This document shows positions 36,374 through 46,173 of a stretch of DNA of 64,000 nt, one piece after another. How positions within the stretch are numbered: the first letter of the stretch is position 1; each line of letters starts with the position of its first letter. The translations under genes and the position numbers were made by a program. Below the pieces are notes generated by a model, which worked only from the letters and a program-made list of their open reading frames with translations, had not been told where the DNA came from and ran no database searches. The DNA lies in the IMG/VR virus record IMGVR_UViG_3300033121_001571; one strand, written 5' to 3'. Source of the stretch: a virus (taxonomy: Duplodnaviria > Caudoviricetes).

Positions 36374-39300
36374 TCACAAGAACTCAACTCCTGTTGTAGT
36401 AATCACAAAGTCTAACGCAATAAATTCAAACGTTTTCGTTGGCCAGATCACGATCTTGCCGTTCATCTTGTTGAGTTCAACGTCCTGAGTTGTGTTGTTT
36501 GAATCATTACAGATTACTTGGAACTTCTCAATTCCAGACTGTGCTTGTACAAGACCAAGTCTAAGAGTGCTATCTGAGAAGAATTTGTCTCTTGTTGCTT
36601 TGTTGTTTTGTTCAAAAGTCAACTTCAATGCAATCTCAATAACGAGTCTCTTGACCTCAAGGAGAAGTCTTCTCACGTTGACTCTGTCTAAAGCTGACTT
36701 TGCAATCTGAAGCGTTCTTTGTCCGTAAACAACAAATCCCAACTTCGGAAACACAGCAATTGGATTGATACGTGAAAGTTGTAGTCTGTCTCTGTCACGA
36801 GCATCAAGACGTACTTCTACATTTTTTACAAAGTCTAGAGCAGCACGATTGAAACCAGCTGGTGCAAACCATGGGTATGCAACTAGATCGTTAAACGCAA
36901 TTGCTCCAAGTGCAGCGACAGAAGCTGCAACTTTGACTCTTCTCTTATTGACAGCGTCGTCTATCCAAACACTTGGGAAGTAAACACCTGCGTAGTTGTT
37001 ATCGATTGCTCTAGAATCGACTGCAGCTGCAGTGTAATCTACGTTCAAACGATTCGTTGAATCATCATAGATTCTAAGAGCGCCGTCATCGTATCCTGGA
37101 ATATCCATCATGTAATAAGCCATTCCGTACTCTCTTGACTTTCTCATTGCATAATCAGTTAAGAATGGTTCTCTGATTCCTGGGATTGCAAGAAGATTTG
37201 TGTTCACTACCATAGGATCAGTCATGATGTCAATTGCAGTGACGTACGAAGCAACGTTGCTATTTGCCTGTCCAACACCATTTGGATTAACTAACAATCC
37301 TGGAGCAACGTAGCTTCCCTCAGCACCACCGCTTGCATCAAAAGACGTAGCAAGATCGTTCATCTTTTGTGCATTCTTGTCTAAGAAGTTTAGACCATCG
37401 TAACCACCGTACATGAAAGTGGTGAATTTTGCGTAAGTTGTAAACCTGTTAAATTCAGCAGCTGTGCCGCTTGATAGCAACGTAGCAAGCGTGATTCTTC
37501 TGCCAATGCTGCTTGAAATCGTATATGACGTTGTGTCGATTGTACCTTTTCGTAGGTACGCTGCTTCTCTCATGTGGTCATTTACTGACGATGTCAAGTG
37601 TGACAGAGAAGTGTTTGAGAATGCAACCTTGCTTAGAGTAAACTTGTTGTTACAGAAAGTGTCTGCTCCAGAACCAGTAACAAGAGTGTCTAACTTCTTG
37701 ATACCCAAGAACTTTGTGTATGACTCAAGCAGATTGTTCTTTTCTGAAGTAACGTTGCAATTCAGAGGATCATTGTTCTTTTCAAACTTCACACCCCAGT
37801 AAAACTGTGGCGAAGCAAGTTCAAGAGGTCCTGGCTGACCAACAAAGGTACCAGCTGTGCTGACATCACCCTTTGTCACTTTAACTCTGAATGGAATTGG
37901 AGGCAAAATTGCGCCTGACAGTGCAGATGCAACACCCGTACCCATAACACCAACAATCTTTGGTGTTGTGCCAGCCGTATCATTCAAAGAATCATTTGTC
38001 TTTAACAGCTCAACACCCCTGAATCCGAATGGTAACGTGACTTCAGGAACTAGTGCGCGGTCGACGGCATCATCAATTATGACCCTGACGTACTTTGATC
38101 TGTTGTTGTATTTTCCAGAAACAACGTGTCTTCTCTCTGATGCAGAAGTTGCATCAAAGTTAAATGACACTTTTCTGTCGCCTATGACTTTACCAATGTA
38201 TCTTTCAGAATAAGGATCAAGATTACAATCTGGGAAAGATTCAAGTACTTGTTGATTGATATCAGTGTCATTCCAGTCTCTGATCTGCACGGTGAAAGAT
38301 CCGTACTTGTTTGAATCATCAACAGAAGCTTTGATGTTCGTTATAGAAATTTTGTATAAGTTGTTTGCATATGCACCATCGTCAAGTGACTCAAAGTAGA
38401 ATAGATCGTATTCGGTAGCACCGAAAGGTTGTGAAATAAACATAGGAGTCTTTGGTGTAGAGTAACGAGTGTCAAAAGATCCGTATCTCTGACGCATAAT
38501 CATAGATGCATCACCAGAGTTTGCACTTGTTAAAGTAGATCCAGATAGAACACCGACAGTTGTTGCAGTTGCAAGTTCATCATCAACAGGAAAATCTGCA
38601 TAAAGTAAGTGTTGTTCTGTGCTGAATTTTTGAGGATCAGTGTTGAGGATCTTTGCAAAGTAATCTTTTGAAGATGGGTCTAAAGACGCTGAGAAAATTC
38701 TCACTCCAGATGCACCGTCTGTGACTCCAAAAGATGCACCGTTTGATGATGATAAGACTAACTTAAACAATCCACTTGAGATCGTTGCAGCATCATCAGG
38801 ACCAGCAGCGGTGAATACACCAACAGAAGATTCATTTCCGTCAAGAATCATCATACGAGTTCCAGATGCTAGCAACACCATTCCTCTCACAAGGTTAACA
38901 GTTGAACCATTGAAAGAACTGTTATCTGTGAACATCGGCATTCCATAAGCTTCATTTGAACGTAAAGAGTGTCTTGCTGTCAAGAACTGCACAGCGCCAG
39001 TGTGGCGGCCGCGAGAATCATCTGCAGCAGATGCACCGTATAAATACACACCAGCATTCTTAACTCTACCAGCGCGAGTAGTAGTATCAATATCAGAAGT
39101 TGTCGTGTTAGCACCAGCTCCCAAGACTCTCAAATATGTAAGTGCAGTTCTGTGTTTTAAGAACTCATTGACAGCATAAGGACCTTGTTTGTTGACATCA
39201 AGATTGCCAAAAACAGAAACAAACTGATCCATAGAACGCACTGTTAAAGGAACGAATGCGGGACCTTTGTTTGCAGTACCAATAACGCCAGCAGGCGTAC

Positions 39301-39382
39301 CAACAGGTACTGCGTCTACTGGCTGAGATTTGTCAATCTCTCTCTCATAAAAATTTGGTGCTATGAAAGTCTGTTCTGCCAT
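36374..39382 (-). CDS. Tail sheath protein, copy 2 (T4 gp18-like)
   Basis: GTANKGPAFVP, PWFAPAGFNRA, INPIAVFP, VYGQRTLQ..KSALDRVNVRRL. Confidence 0.95.
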   Translation of the reverse strand: MAEQTFIAPNFYEREIDKSQPVDAVPVGTPAGVIGTANKGPAFVPLTVRSMDQFVSVFGNLDVNKQGPYAVNEFLKHRTALTYLRVLGAGANTTTSDIDTTTRAGRVKNAGVYLYGASAADDSRGRHTGAVQFLTARHSLRSNEAYGMPMFTDNSSFNGSTVNLVRGMVLLASGTRMMILDGNESSVGVFTAAGPDDAATISSGLFKLVLSSSNGASFGVTDGASGVRIFSASLDPSSKDYFAKILNTDPQKFSTEQHLLYADFPVDDELATATTVGVLSGSTLTSANSGDASMIMRQRYGSFDTRYSTPKTPMFISQPFGATEYDLFYFESLDDGAYANNLYKISITNIKASVDDSNKYGSFTVQIRDWNDTDINQQVLESFPDCNLDPYSERYIGKVIGDRKVSFNFDATSASERRHVVSGKYNNRSKYVRVIIDDAVDRALVPEVTLPFGFRGVELLKTNDSLNDTAGTTPKIVGVMGTGVASALSGAILPPIPFRVKVTKGDVSTAGTFVGQPGPLELASPQFYWGVKFEKNNDPLNCNVTSEKNNLLESYTKFLGIKKLDTLVTGSGADTFCNNKFTLSKVAFSNTSLSHLTSSVNDHMREAAYLRKGTIDTTSYTISSSIGRRITLATLLSSGTAAEFNRFTTYAKFTTFMYGGYDGLNFLDKNAQKMNDLATSFDASGGAEGSYVAPGLLVNPNGVGQANSNVASYVTAIDIMTDPMVVNTNLLAIPGIREPFLTDYAMRKSREYGMAYYMMDIPGYDDGALRIYDDSTNRLNVDYTAAAVDSRAIDNNYAGVYFPSVWIDDAVNKRRVKVAASVAALGAIAFNDLVAYPWFAPAGFNRAALDFVKNVEVRLDARDRDRLQLSRINPIAVFPKLGFVVYGQRTLQIAKSALDRVNVRRLLLEVKRLVIEIALKLTFEQNNKATRDKFFSDSTLRLGLVQAQSGIEKFQVICNDSNNTTQDVELNKMNGKIVIWPTKTFEFIALDFVITTTGVEFL

Positions 39383-39452
39383 TTCTAGATCCTGTTGTAA
39401 TTACTGAATGCGATGGTAAGTATTCGTCATAACTACCATATCATGACAGAAT

Positions 39453-40727
39453 TCATTGATCAACAACAGTAAAACTTACACCTGAAAGATCAAAATCATC
39501 TGGTAACACAGATTCTCCTTGTGACGTCACTCTAACAAACTTTTCTTTGACGTTTCCTTGAAGATCTTTTATCAATATCTTTTTCCACTTGGAACGAGGC
39601 GCTCCGCGCGGTCGATTCTGTAACGCTGGATCATCTGGAACAACTGCATCTTTGTTAGGGTAAAGCAACGTTCTTTGGTCATCCCTAGCGTCTCTTCTGT
39701 TATTCTTTGTCAAATTTAACGGAAGCGTAGGGTCATCAACGCCAAGAAACGGTTCTTCTACAGTGTCTGTATCACTAATGTCACTTTCAGGAGTAACTAC
39801 GTTGAAATCAACAATTGGTGCAGAAACATACCTTCTGATAGGTACTGTCTGTCCAGGCTCTGATGACACAAACAAATATGCAGGTATCTCTATTGAGATA
39901 TTTGATTTGATTATTCTCTCTTTTGTTGACATATCATCGAAGTTGTTTTCTGATGAAAATCCAGAAACAACTTTAGCAACGTACCAATATCCCTTCTCTG
40001 TTTCAACTCGCCAACACGTTCCACCTTGAGGAAGATAAGAACTTATGACTTGTTGAACAATAGTGTTCATGTGTAGAGTGTATTGAGTCCAAAACATCAC
40101 TTCATACTTTAACAAAACAAATTGCGGAGTCGGTACAACTATGATTTCATAGATGTTATTTGATTTATCGCCCACAAATAAACCTCCATCAATAACTGTT
40201 GGATCGTTGCTTAGATCGCCTATAGACCTACTTGTTCCTACTTGGAAGTCTTGTGCTGCATCAGTGCTGACAGCTAGATTTGATTGGTTTCTAAGCATAA
40301 GTCTATTGATCAAATTTTGATAATTCCTGTCAGTTTTTGACAATCTACGTTTTACATAAATCTCACCGACTTGTTGGTTGATTCCCATAGAACTAAGAAT
40401 CTGTAAATCTTGTACTACTTCTGTTCTCCCAATTGCTATCAAAGGTAAAATAACTGAGCCATTTTGATCTCTTAATTTTCCTTTTGTTTTTGCTATAGCC
40501 CACTTCTCGCCAGAAGCAAATATCACAGGTATCTTTCTCTGTTCTCCATTTAGATCTACTTGTAGATTCAACTGATCATTAAAGAGCTTCAACAAAGCTC
40601 TATCAACATCCTCTATAGTAGAAGATGGTATGTTAAATTCTTCCGCAAGTGTATCACTATCATAACCTGAAGGTAAAGGTTCAACGCCAAAACGAGTTTT
40701 AGCATACGTGTTAAATCTAGTTGCCAT
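39453..40727 (-). CDS. Tail terminator/sheath stabiliser (T4 gp15-like)
   Basis: Lies between neck and sheath genes. IEDVDRA, KIPVIFASGEKW, ILPLIAI.R, P.FV.LKYEV.FWT. Confidence 0.7.
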   Translation of the reverse strand: MATRFNTYAKTRFGVEPLPSGYDSDTLAEEFNIPSSTIEDVDRALLKLFNDQLNLQVDLNGEQRKIPVIFASGEKWAIAKTKGKLRDQNGSVILPLIAIGRTEVVQDLQILSSMGINQQVGEIYVKRRLSKTDRNYQNLINRLMLRNQSNLAVSTDAAQDFQVGTSRSIGDLSNDPTVIDGGLFVGDKSNNIYEIIVVPTPQFVLLKYEVMFWTQYTLHMNTIVQQVISSYLPQGGTCWRVETEKGYWYVAKVVSGFSSENNFDDMSTKERIIKSNISIEIPAYLFVSSEPGQTVPIRRYVSAPIVDFNVVTPESDISDTDTVEEPFLGVDDPTLPLNLTKNNRRDARDDQRTLLYPNKDAVVPDDPALQNRPRGAPRSKWKKILIKDLQGNVKEKFVRVTSQGESVLPDDFDLSGVSFTVVDQ

Positions 40728-41407
40728 CAGTCATCCTCTCCATAGAAAGCATTAGCGTGATGCGAATTATCTGCAACTGCACCCTTTTGTGAAACTTCTG
40801 CTGGACCAGTCAAAGGTTTAGACAAAACTCCCGCTTCAACAAGAGCTCTCTTGTCTCCAGTTTCACCTTCATCATTTGTAGAAAATCCTCGTTGCTGAAC
40901 AAATTTGTTTTGCAACGCATCATCATCTGTGTATGATATGTCTGTTGGACCAATTTTAAGACTATCAATTGCACCCTCACGAGCTTTAACACCATTTATC
41001 TTCATTGACAATTTGTGTTCAGCTTGTCCAAATATTGTCTTTGTGATTTTTTGATCCACAATCTCATACAAAACATCATTAAAAGAAAAATAGTCTCCTA
41101 TCGTTATGTTTATACCTTTTTCAACTAGATCACGATACTGAACAAATAATTCGATGTTATACTTTTGGTCTACGCCAAATTGTGATATCTCAGTATCGCC
41201 CTGGTACTCTGCGTCTACGATTGCATCGATAGCTATGGGATTATCATAAATCTTTTTTAGAGCTTCATCATAAACATCGTGTGTCACTGTCTTTAACTCA
41301 GAAACTGGATATAAAAACACTCTTTGTCCAATAATGTCCTTTATGATCTCTTTTGTCAAATCAGAGATCAAATTTAACTCACGTTGAGTCACGAACAGTC
41401 TTGCCAC
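40727..41407 (-). CDS. Neck/head-closure protein (T4 gp14-like)
   Basis: Position; HDVYDEA, FGVD, IGDYFSF...YEI. Start moved to GTG 41407 (MARLF). Confidence 0.7.
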   Translation of the reverse strand: MARLFVTQRELNLISDLTKEIIKDIIGQRVFLYPVSELKTVTHDVYDEALKKIYDNPIAIDAIVDAEYQGDTEISQFGVDQKYNIELFVQYRDLVEKGINITIGDYFSFNDVLYEIVDQKITKTIFGQAEHKLSMKINGVKAREGAIDSLKIGPTDISYTDDDALQNKFVQQRGFSTNDEGETGDKRALVEAGVLSKPLTGPAEVSQKGAVADNSHHANAFYGEDD

Positions 41408-41432
41408 AATGATATGTATCAACAGATTACAC

Positions 41433-42152
41433 ATGAAACATCTTAAACTTGAAGCAGCGTTTTCAATAGAAGACGCAAACAAGTTATCTCTTGGTTTAAA
41501 CGTCAATAAAACATCAAATATGAATCCTCAACTTTTAGCATTTCAACTTTATGACACAAACCAACTTTACAACAACGCTAAAAGATATTACGATGATATC
41601 GTTGCACACACTAGTTACATTAACAATGCACAATTAGTCAACTATATCAAACGTTTCTCAGAAAGTTCGACATATGCTTGGCTCGAGATTGATGCAAGTC
41701 CAGACGCACCACAATACGGCGCTTCAACAGTTGGAACTGCAGCTGCTAAAAAAGGTTATGGTCCACTCATCTATGATATGGTCCTAAGCAGCGTAAATGG
41801 ACTAGTTCCAGACAGGATATCAGTTTCTCCAAAAGCACAAAAAGTGTGGCAACACTACTTTGAAAAAAGAAAAGACGTTGATCACAAATTGTTAGATGAT
41901 CCAGATGATCCATGGACGCCAGAAAAAGAAGATGACACAAGTAGAATGCATCCTGGACGTGAAAACAATCCACTCAATTATGCATATAGCAAACACACCA
42001 GCATGAATCTTCATCCATTCTTGACAGCAAACTCAGAACTAGTCAAAAAATTGCTAGAACTTTTCAAATCGTTATCTGAAGACAAGATTAAGAATGCAAT
42101 CACAGACGGTGGAAAAGAATTTTTCTACAACAGAATGCTTGAAAATGGTTAA
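41433..42152 (+). CDS. Putative GNAT-like fold protein, paralog A
   Basis: AAAKKGYGPLIYD (motif A-like) and LVPDRISVSPKAQKVWQHY. Start moved to ATG 41433. Confidence 0.55.
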   Translation: MKHLKLEAAFSIEDANKLSLGLNVNKTSNMNPQLLAFQLYDTNQLYNNAKRYYDDIVAHTSYINNAQLVNYIKRFSESSTYAWLEIDASPDAPQYGASTVGTAAAKKGYGPLIYDMVLSSVNGLVPDRISVSPKAQKVWQHYFEKRKDVDHKLLDDPDDPWTPEKEDDTSRMHPGRENNPLNYAYSKHTSMNLHPFLTANSELVKKLLELFKSLSEDKIKNAITDGGKEFFYNRMLENG

Positions 42153-42861
42153 TGAATTTGCTCTGTTAGAAAAAGCAGAAACTGTACCTGGCGCAGCTAA
42201 GGACGGTTTAGCGCTCCAGATCATAGCAACAGGAAACGTCAAATATTACATTCTTTATGATGCAAAACGTCTTTATCAACACATTAAAACCAAGTATGAA
42301 GAAGCTAAAAAAATAAACATAGTTGATCTAAAAGATGTTTCTGATTACATTTTGATGTTCACTAAAAACTTATCAAGTCAAATAATAGGTATGGTTTTCA
42401 TACAACACAATGAAAATCAGTATGGAGGTGCAGAGATAAAACGTTCAGCTGCAAAGAAAGGATATGGTCCACTGTTAATGGACATAGTGATGTCAAGTGA
42501 AGGAGCACTCGTGCCAGATAGAACATATGTCTCAAAAGAAGCACAAAATGTGTACAAGTTCTACAAAGATTCTAGAAAAGACGTCATATCAAAACCACTT
42601 GACGATGAAAATGATCCAAAAACACCTCAGAAATATGATGACACAAAAAGATTGTATCCAGGTGGTTCTAGCAATCCAATTAACTACGCATATTTCCCAA
42701 CGCAAAAACTTTCGCTAGAGATGTTAACAAATAATCACTCAACGTTTGTAAATAAATTAGACAAACTCTTGGGCGAAGAAACTGCTGGTACTGTTTATGT
42801 TAGAATATTCAATGCATCCGATTCATTCTTTGACGTAAAGTTTAGTGGCAGAATCAGATAG
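42145..42861 (+). CDS. Putative GNAT-like fold protein, paralog B
   Basis: SAAKKGYGPLLMD and LVPDRTYVSKEAQNVYKFY. Start moved to ATG 42145. Confidence 0.55.
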   Translation: MVNEFALLEKAETVPGAAKDGLALQIIATGNVKYYILYDAKRLYQHIKTKYEEAKKINIVDLKDVSDYILMFTKNLSSQIIGMVFIQHNENQYGGAEIKRSAAKKGYGPLLMDIVMSSEGALVPDRTYVSKEAQNVYKFYKDSRKDVISKPLDDENDPKTPQKYDDTKRLYPGGSSNPINYAYFPTQKLSLEMLTNNHSTFVNKLDKLLGEETAGTVYVRIFNASDSFFDVKFSGRIR

Positions 42862-42862
42862 A

Positions 42863-44062
42863 TCAACCAATTACAATTGCTTTGCCAACTGGCATTGGAG
42901 CATATTTTAACTGTTTATTCAACTGTTCTGCAGCATTAGCTTGTTGTTCTAACAACTTTGCATGCGTCAAATTCGCGAGCCATTCTTTCAATTGTGTTGA
43001 AAGCTTGTCTTTGTCTTCACGAGCTTGTGTCAACAAACTTTCACCATCTAATTGGATCTCTGCATTTGGAATTGGTATAGATGAGATCTTTGATCTAACG
43101 TGTCCTAAAATTTCTTTTGATAAAGCAAGACAGTACTGTCTGATCCATTGTCTACCGGGCTGAGTGATACTGTTAAATGGGATGTTACCGAGAGGAACAT
43201 TGCTTGGTCCTGACACACCATTTAAAGATGAATCAAAACTACCAGAGATACCAGAGCCAATCGCGGTTGGGTCTAGAGGATTAGCATAAAATCCAACTCG
43301 TATAAACAACTTTCCAACTTGTGAATCAAGCGTTGGAATAGGGAAAATTCTCAGATTAGAACCTATTAACTTGTAACTGTAGTTTGAACGCCTGACTCTA
43401 AAAGCAGCTTCAAGCATACTTCTTCTCAAGACATCTTCAAAGATTGGTAGAACATAAAAAACTGTAGCATTAACATATGATTCATAGTTAAAGCTTGTTG
43501 CTAAGAAGTTAGTGATGTTTGAAGCATTCAACAAATAGTGTTGCGCCGCAATTGGTTCAACGTGAAATATCTCTATGATTCTATACTTTGATTTTTTGTC
43601 TGCTGACAGCGTATCCCACAGCAACGTACCAGACGCTGCTGATTTTAGATCTGAATAGATGTTATAGTCCTGTTGACCTGTCACAAGATCAATATAAGCA
43701 TACTCAGAATCCCAAGATCCTCCTGTTCCCGCAAGAGAAGAATACGCATCTGCTTGCCTGCTGATAAATTCTAAGTTCTGTCTTGGATAAACATTTGTCA
43801 AATCAAATGAACTTGTTGGCATACCCAAGACATTTGCAAGCTCTGATTCAATCTTTGATTCATGAATCAATCTTGAATATTCACACGTAGCTTCTTCTAA
43901 ACAAGCCCATATCTGTTTAGAACTTAACTCTACAGACAAGATATCATCACCAAGTTTTCTTTTAACAAACACAACCATGCTATCAGCCTCAGATTGAAAC
44001 TGAGAATCAGAATCAAAAAAACCAAATGGTGTTGGATTCAAAGTTTGAGAAAACGTTGGCAC
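42863..44062 (-). CDS. Neck/head-tail adaptor protein (T4 gp13-like)
   Basis: KRKLG..ILSVEL...QI..C.EEA and QWIRQYCLALSKEILG.VRSK...IPIP....LDG..L. Start moved to GTG 44062. Confidence 0.85.
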   Translation of the reverse strand: MPTFSQTLNPTPFGFFDSDSQFQSEADSMVVFVKRKLGDDILSVELSSKQIWACLEEATCEYSRLIHESKIESELANVLGMPTSSFDLTNVYPRQNLEFISRQADAYSSLAGTGGSWDSEYAYIDLVTGQQDYNIYSDLKSAASGTLLWDTLSADKKSKYRIIEIFHVEPIAAQHYLLNASNITNFLATSFNYESYVNATVFYVLPIFEDVLRRSMLEAAFRVRRSNYSYKLIGSNLRIFPIPTLDSQVGKLFIRVGFYANPLDPTAIGSGISGSFDSSLNGVSGPSNVPLGNIPFNSITQPGRQWIRQYCLALSKEILGHVRSKISSIPIPNAEIQLDGESLLTQAREDKDKLSTQLKEWLANLTHAKLLEQQANAAEQLNKQLKYAPMPVGKAIVIG

Positions 44063-44093
44063 GAATGTAATTATCTTTAGAAGACATAGAACT

Positions 44094-44477
44094 GTGGAAG
44101 ATAACGATTGGGAAGTCAGTGATCTATTGACTGTAAAAATCAAAAACAAACAGTCTTATAGAGACACATGTGAAATCACCATTATAGGAAAAGGATTTGA
44201 TGTTGGGGAAGAAAGCACAGAATACATCTGTTACGTACCCGAATATGAACACATCTCAGATAGTTTTATCATAACAAACCATCACGTAAATTGGTATGGA
44301 TTAGAACAAAAATACTTAGGAGAAAAAGGAATCTTTGTCACAAGACAAACAAGCGTTATCAAACATAAAAAAGGTCAAGATGGTGCTTTATGTTGCAAGT
44401 GCAAAAACTTTATCCAGTGGGCACCAAGAAATAACAAGTATTACATCTGCAGATCGTGTAAAATCAACCCTTACTGA
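44094..44477 (+). CDS. Hypothetical protein with C-terminal Zn finger
   Basis: CCKCKN...YICRSCK. Confidence 0.7.
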   Translation: MEDNDWEVSDLLTVKIKNKQSYRDTCEITIIGKGFDVGEESTEYICYVPEYEHISDSFIITNHHVNWYGLEQKYLGEKGIFVTRQTSVIKHKKGQDGALCCKCKNFIQWAPRNNKYYICRSCKINPY

Positions 44478-45273
44478 ATGATTCAAAGTGCATTGGATCG
44501 CACCTTCCATCAAACCATCCACCCCAATAGAATTCATTCTCATAAAAGATATCAACAAGTTCTCTAACTGAACCTTTTTCACCCTTCAAAGCACCTGTTG
44601 TACCTAACATATTCCATTGCACATTTAGATCAATAGCGGTACCCCAACTGTGATTTGACAAAACTGTTCTAGAACCACGTATAAATCTTGGAACCCAAGC
44701 GCCTCCAAATGTCAACAACTTGTCTTTAAGCCCCTGTTTTTCTATCTGATCAAAAGCTTTGACTAAAGAATCAGCAACTTTCTTATGAACATAGATCTTT
44801 CCAGATTTTGGAGCGCCTGATATTCCAATCAACTGTGGCACAACAACAGATACGATGTTATCATTTGCCCAATTGTTTGTTATTTTCACAGCCTCTTTGT
44901 TGTTTGGCTGTGGATCTGCAACGTACTCAATCTTTCCATATATTTTTTCACGTTCATCAGCCATAGACACTGGGTATGTTTTTGGTTTTGGAGGCCAACC
45001 ATGTTGTGAATCATCATTGCTGGAATCTGAATAAAGATTCAAACCTAACTCTAGAGCCTTACCTAAGGTCCTTGGTCCCACTTTCCCGTCGTAGGCAGAC
45101 GGATCTGTAAATACTTTTCTTTGAAAGAGAATTGTTTCCTCTTTCGTCTTAGGTCCAAATGTACCATCAATAATGACTTCTGAAGAAGGATTTATTCCAA
45201 CAAGAAATCCTTGCCAAACTGCAACATCCCAACCTTTCAGATTTTCACTCAAAACACGAGTTATGTTAGTCAT
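44464..45273 (-). CDS. Endolysin: peptidoglycan-binding domain plus M15 peptidase
   Basis: DGTFGPKT...FQ...DGKVGPRT (PG binding); R..RG....SNHSWGTAIDLN and WGG.F...DPMHFE (M15). Confidence 0.9.
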   Translation of the reverse strand: MTNITRVLSENLKGWDVAVWQGFLVGINPSSEVIIDGTFGPKTKEETILFQRKVFTDPSAYDGKVGPRTLGKALELGLNLYSDSSNDDSQHGWPPKPKTYPVSMADEREKIYGKIEYVADPQPNNKEAVKITNNWANDNIVSVVVPQLIGISGAPKSGKIYVHKKVADSLVKAFDQIEKQGLKDKLLTFGGAWVPRFIRGSRTVLSNHSWGTAIDLNVQWNMLGTTGALKGEKGSVRELVDIFYENEFYWGGWFDGRCDPMHFESFSKG

Positions 45274-45439
45274 TTAGAACGTTCTTTCTAAGACTAAGTT
45301 TCTGTTGAAGCTGTTCATTAAGAGAAACTAGCTTTTCATTAAGTGAACTACGAACACTTTCATCAGAAGTAACTTGTAACTCAAGTCTTGTCTTGTTAAT
45401 CTCATCAAGCAACTCAAAAAATGTCATCTGTACATTCAT
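45266..45439 (-). CDS. Small coiled-coil protein upstream of the endolysin
   Basis: The track ORF start overlaps the tmRNA; ATG 45439 (or 45427) lies just after the tmRNA 3' end. Confidence 0.55.
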   Translation of the reverse strand: MNVQMTFFELLDEINKTRLELQVTSDESVRSSLNEKLVSLNEQLQQKLSLRKNVLND

Positions 45440-45443
45440 CCTG

Positions 45444-45759
45444 TGGAGTACTGCGGAATTGAACCGCAGTCCAAGATCTAGAATCACTCAAGTCATTCAC
45501 AGTCTTAGCTAGAGACTAGCGTTTTTTGCTCCAGTAAAGTCTTGAGCAGTGCACTTGATTTTAAAGAGAATCACTCTTTTTTTTGTGACATTCTGTTTCT
45601 AGGCTGTCACAACCCAAGACAAACTAAGCTGCTAGCTTAAGAGAGTCAATGCGGCCGTTATCGTTGGCAACTAACGTTCACTTGGATTTTAATCTGGTTC
45701 CTAGTGTACCAGCGACTGCACTCAAGTAACTTTCAACCCTGTCGAAACCTTTGTACCCC
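45444..45759 (-). ncRNA. ssrA: tmRNA, tag peptide ANDNGRIDSLKLAA
   Basis: 5' end GGGGTACAAAGGTTTCGAC; 3' end GACTGCGG-TTCAATT-CCGCAGTACTCC-A with a G3:U70 pair; tag ORF 45668-45624 follows TAGTT and ends LAA-stop. Confidence 0.95.
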
Positions 45760-46134
45760 TCACTTCTTTCGTCTTGCTTTAGATTTATTTATCATCGGCA
45801 TCTTTGGATACGGTGCTGAATCGTATTCATCATCGTGAGAATCGTCAGACATCTCTTTGATCTTTTCTATCTGGTTATCAATAGTTGATAACACAACTTC
45901 TCTTATTTCTTCTGTACCAGAAGATTCAAACAGATTTACTTTTCCATCTTTAACTAAAGGAACAGTGAATGAATTACTTGACACAGGCGTCTGTGTACCG
46001 CCATTTAACTTCAACAAAATTTCTGATTTTACTGTCTTCTGTAGAGATTGCATCTTACTCGTCTTATTTTGAACAGACGATAGCAATTCAAGCAAATCAA
46101 TCACTGATTGATCATCTAGCGTTAAAACAAACAT
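45760..46134 (-). CDS. Hypothetical protein
   Basis: ORF whose TGA abuts tmRNA nucleotide 1. Confidence 0.7.
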   Translation of the reverse strand: MFVLTLDDQSVIDLLELLSSVQNKTSKMQSLQKTVKSEILLKLNGGTQTPVSSNSFTVPLVKDGKVNLFESSGTEEIREVVLSTIDNQIEKIKEMSDDSHDDEYDSAPYPKMPMINKSKARRKK

Positions 46135-46173
46135 GGTGGTGTATCACAGAACTAACTATGACACACCGTAAGA

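Noticed and set aside
45440-45487. tRNA-like T arm near 45450-45470 as a separate tRNA, and the track ORF start at 45487
   Set aside because: This is the 3' end of the tmRNA, pairing with 45753-45759.
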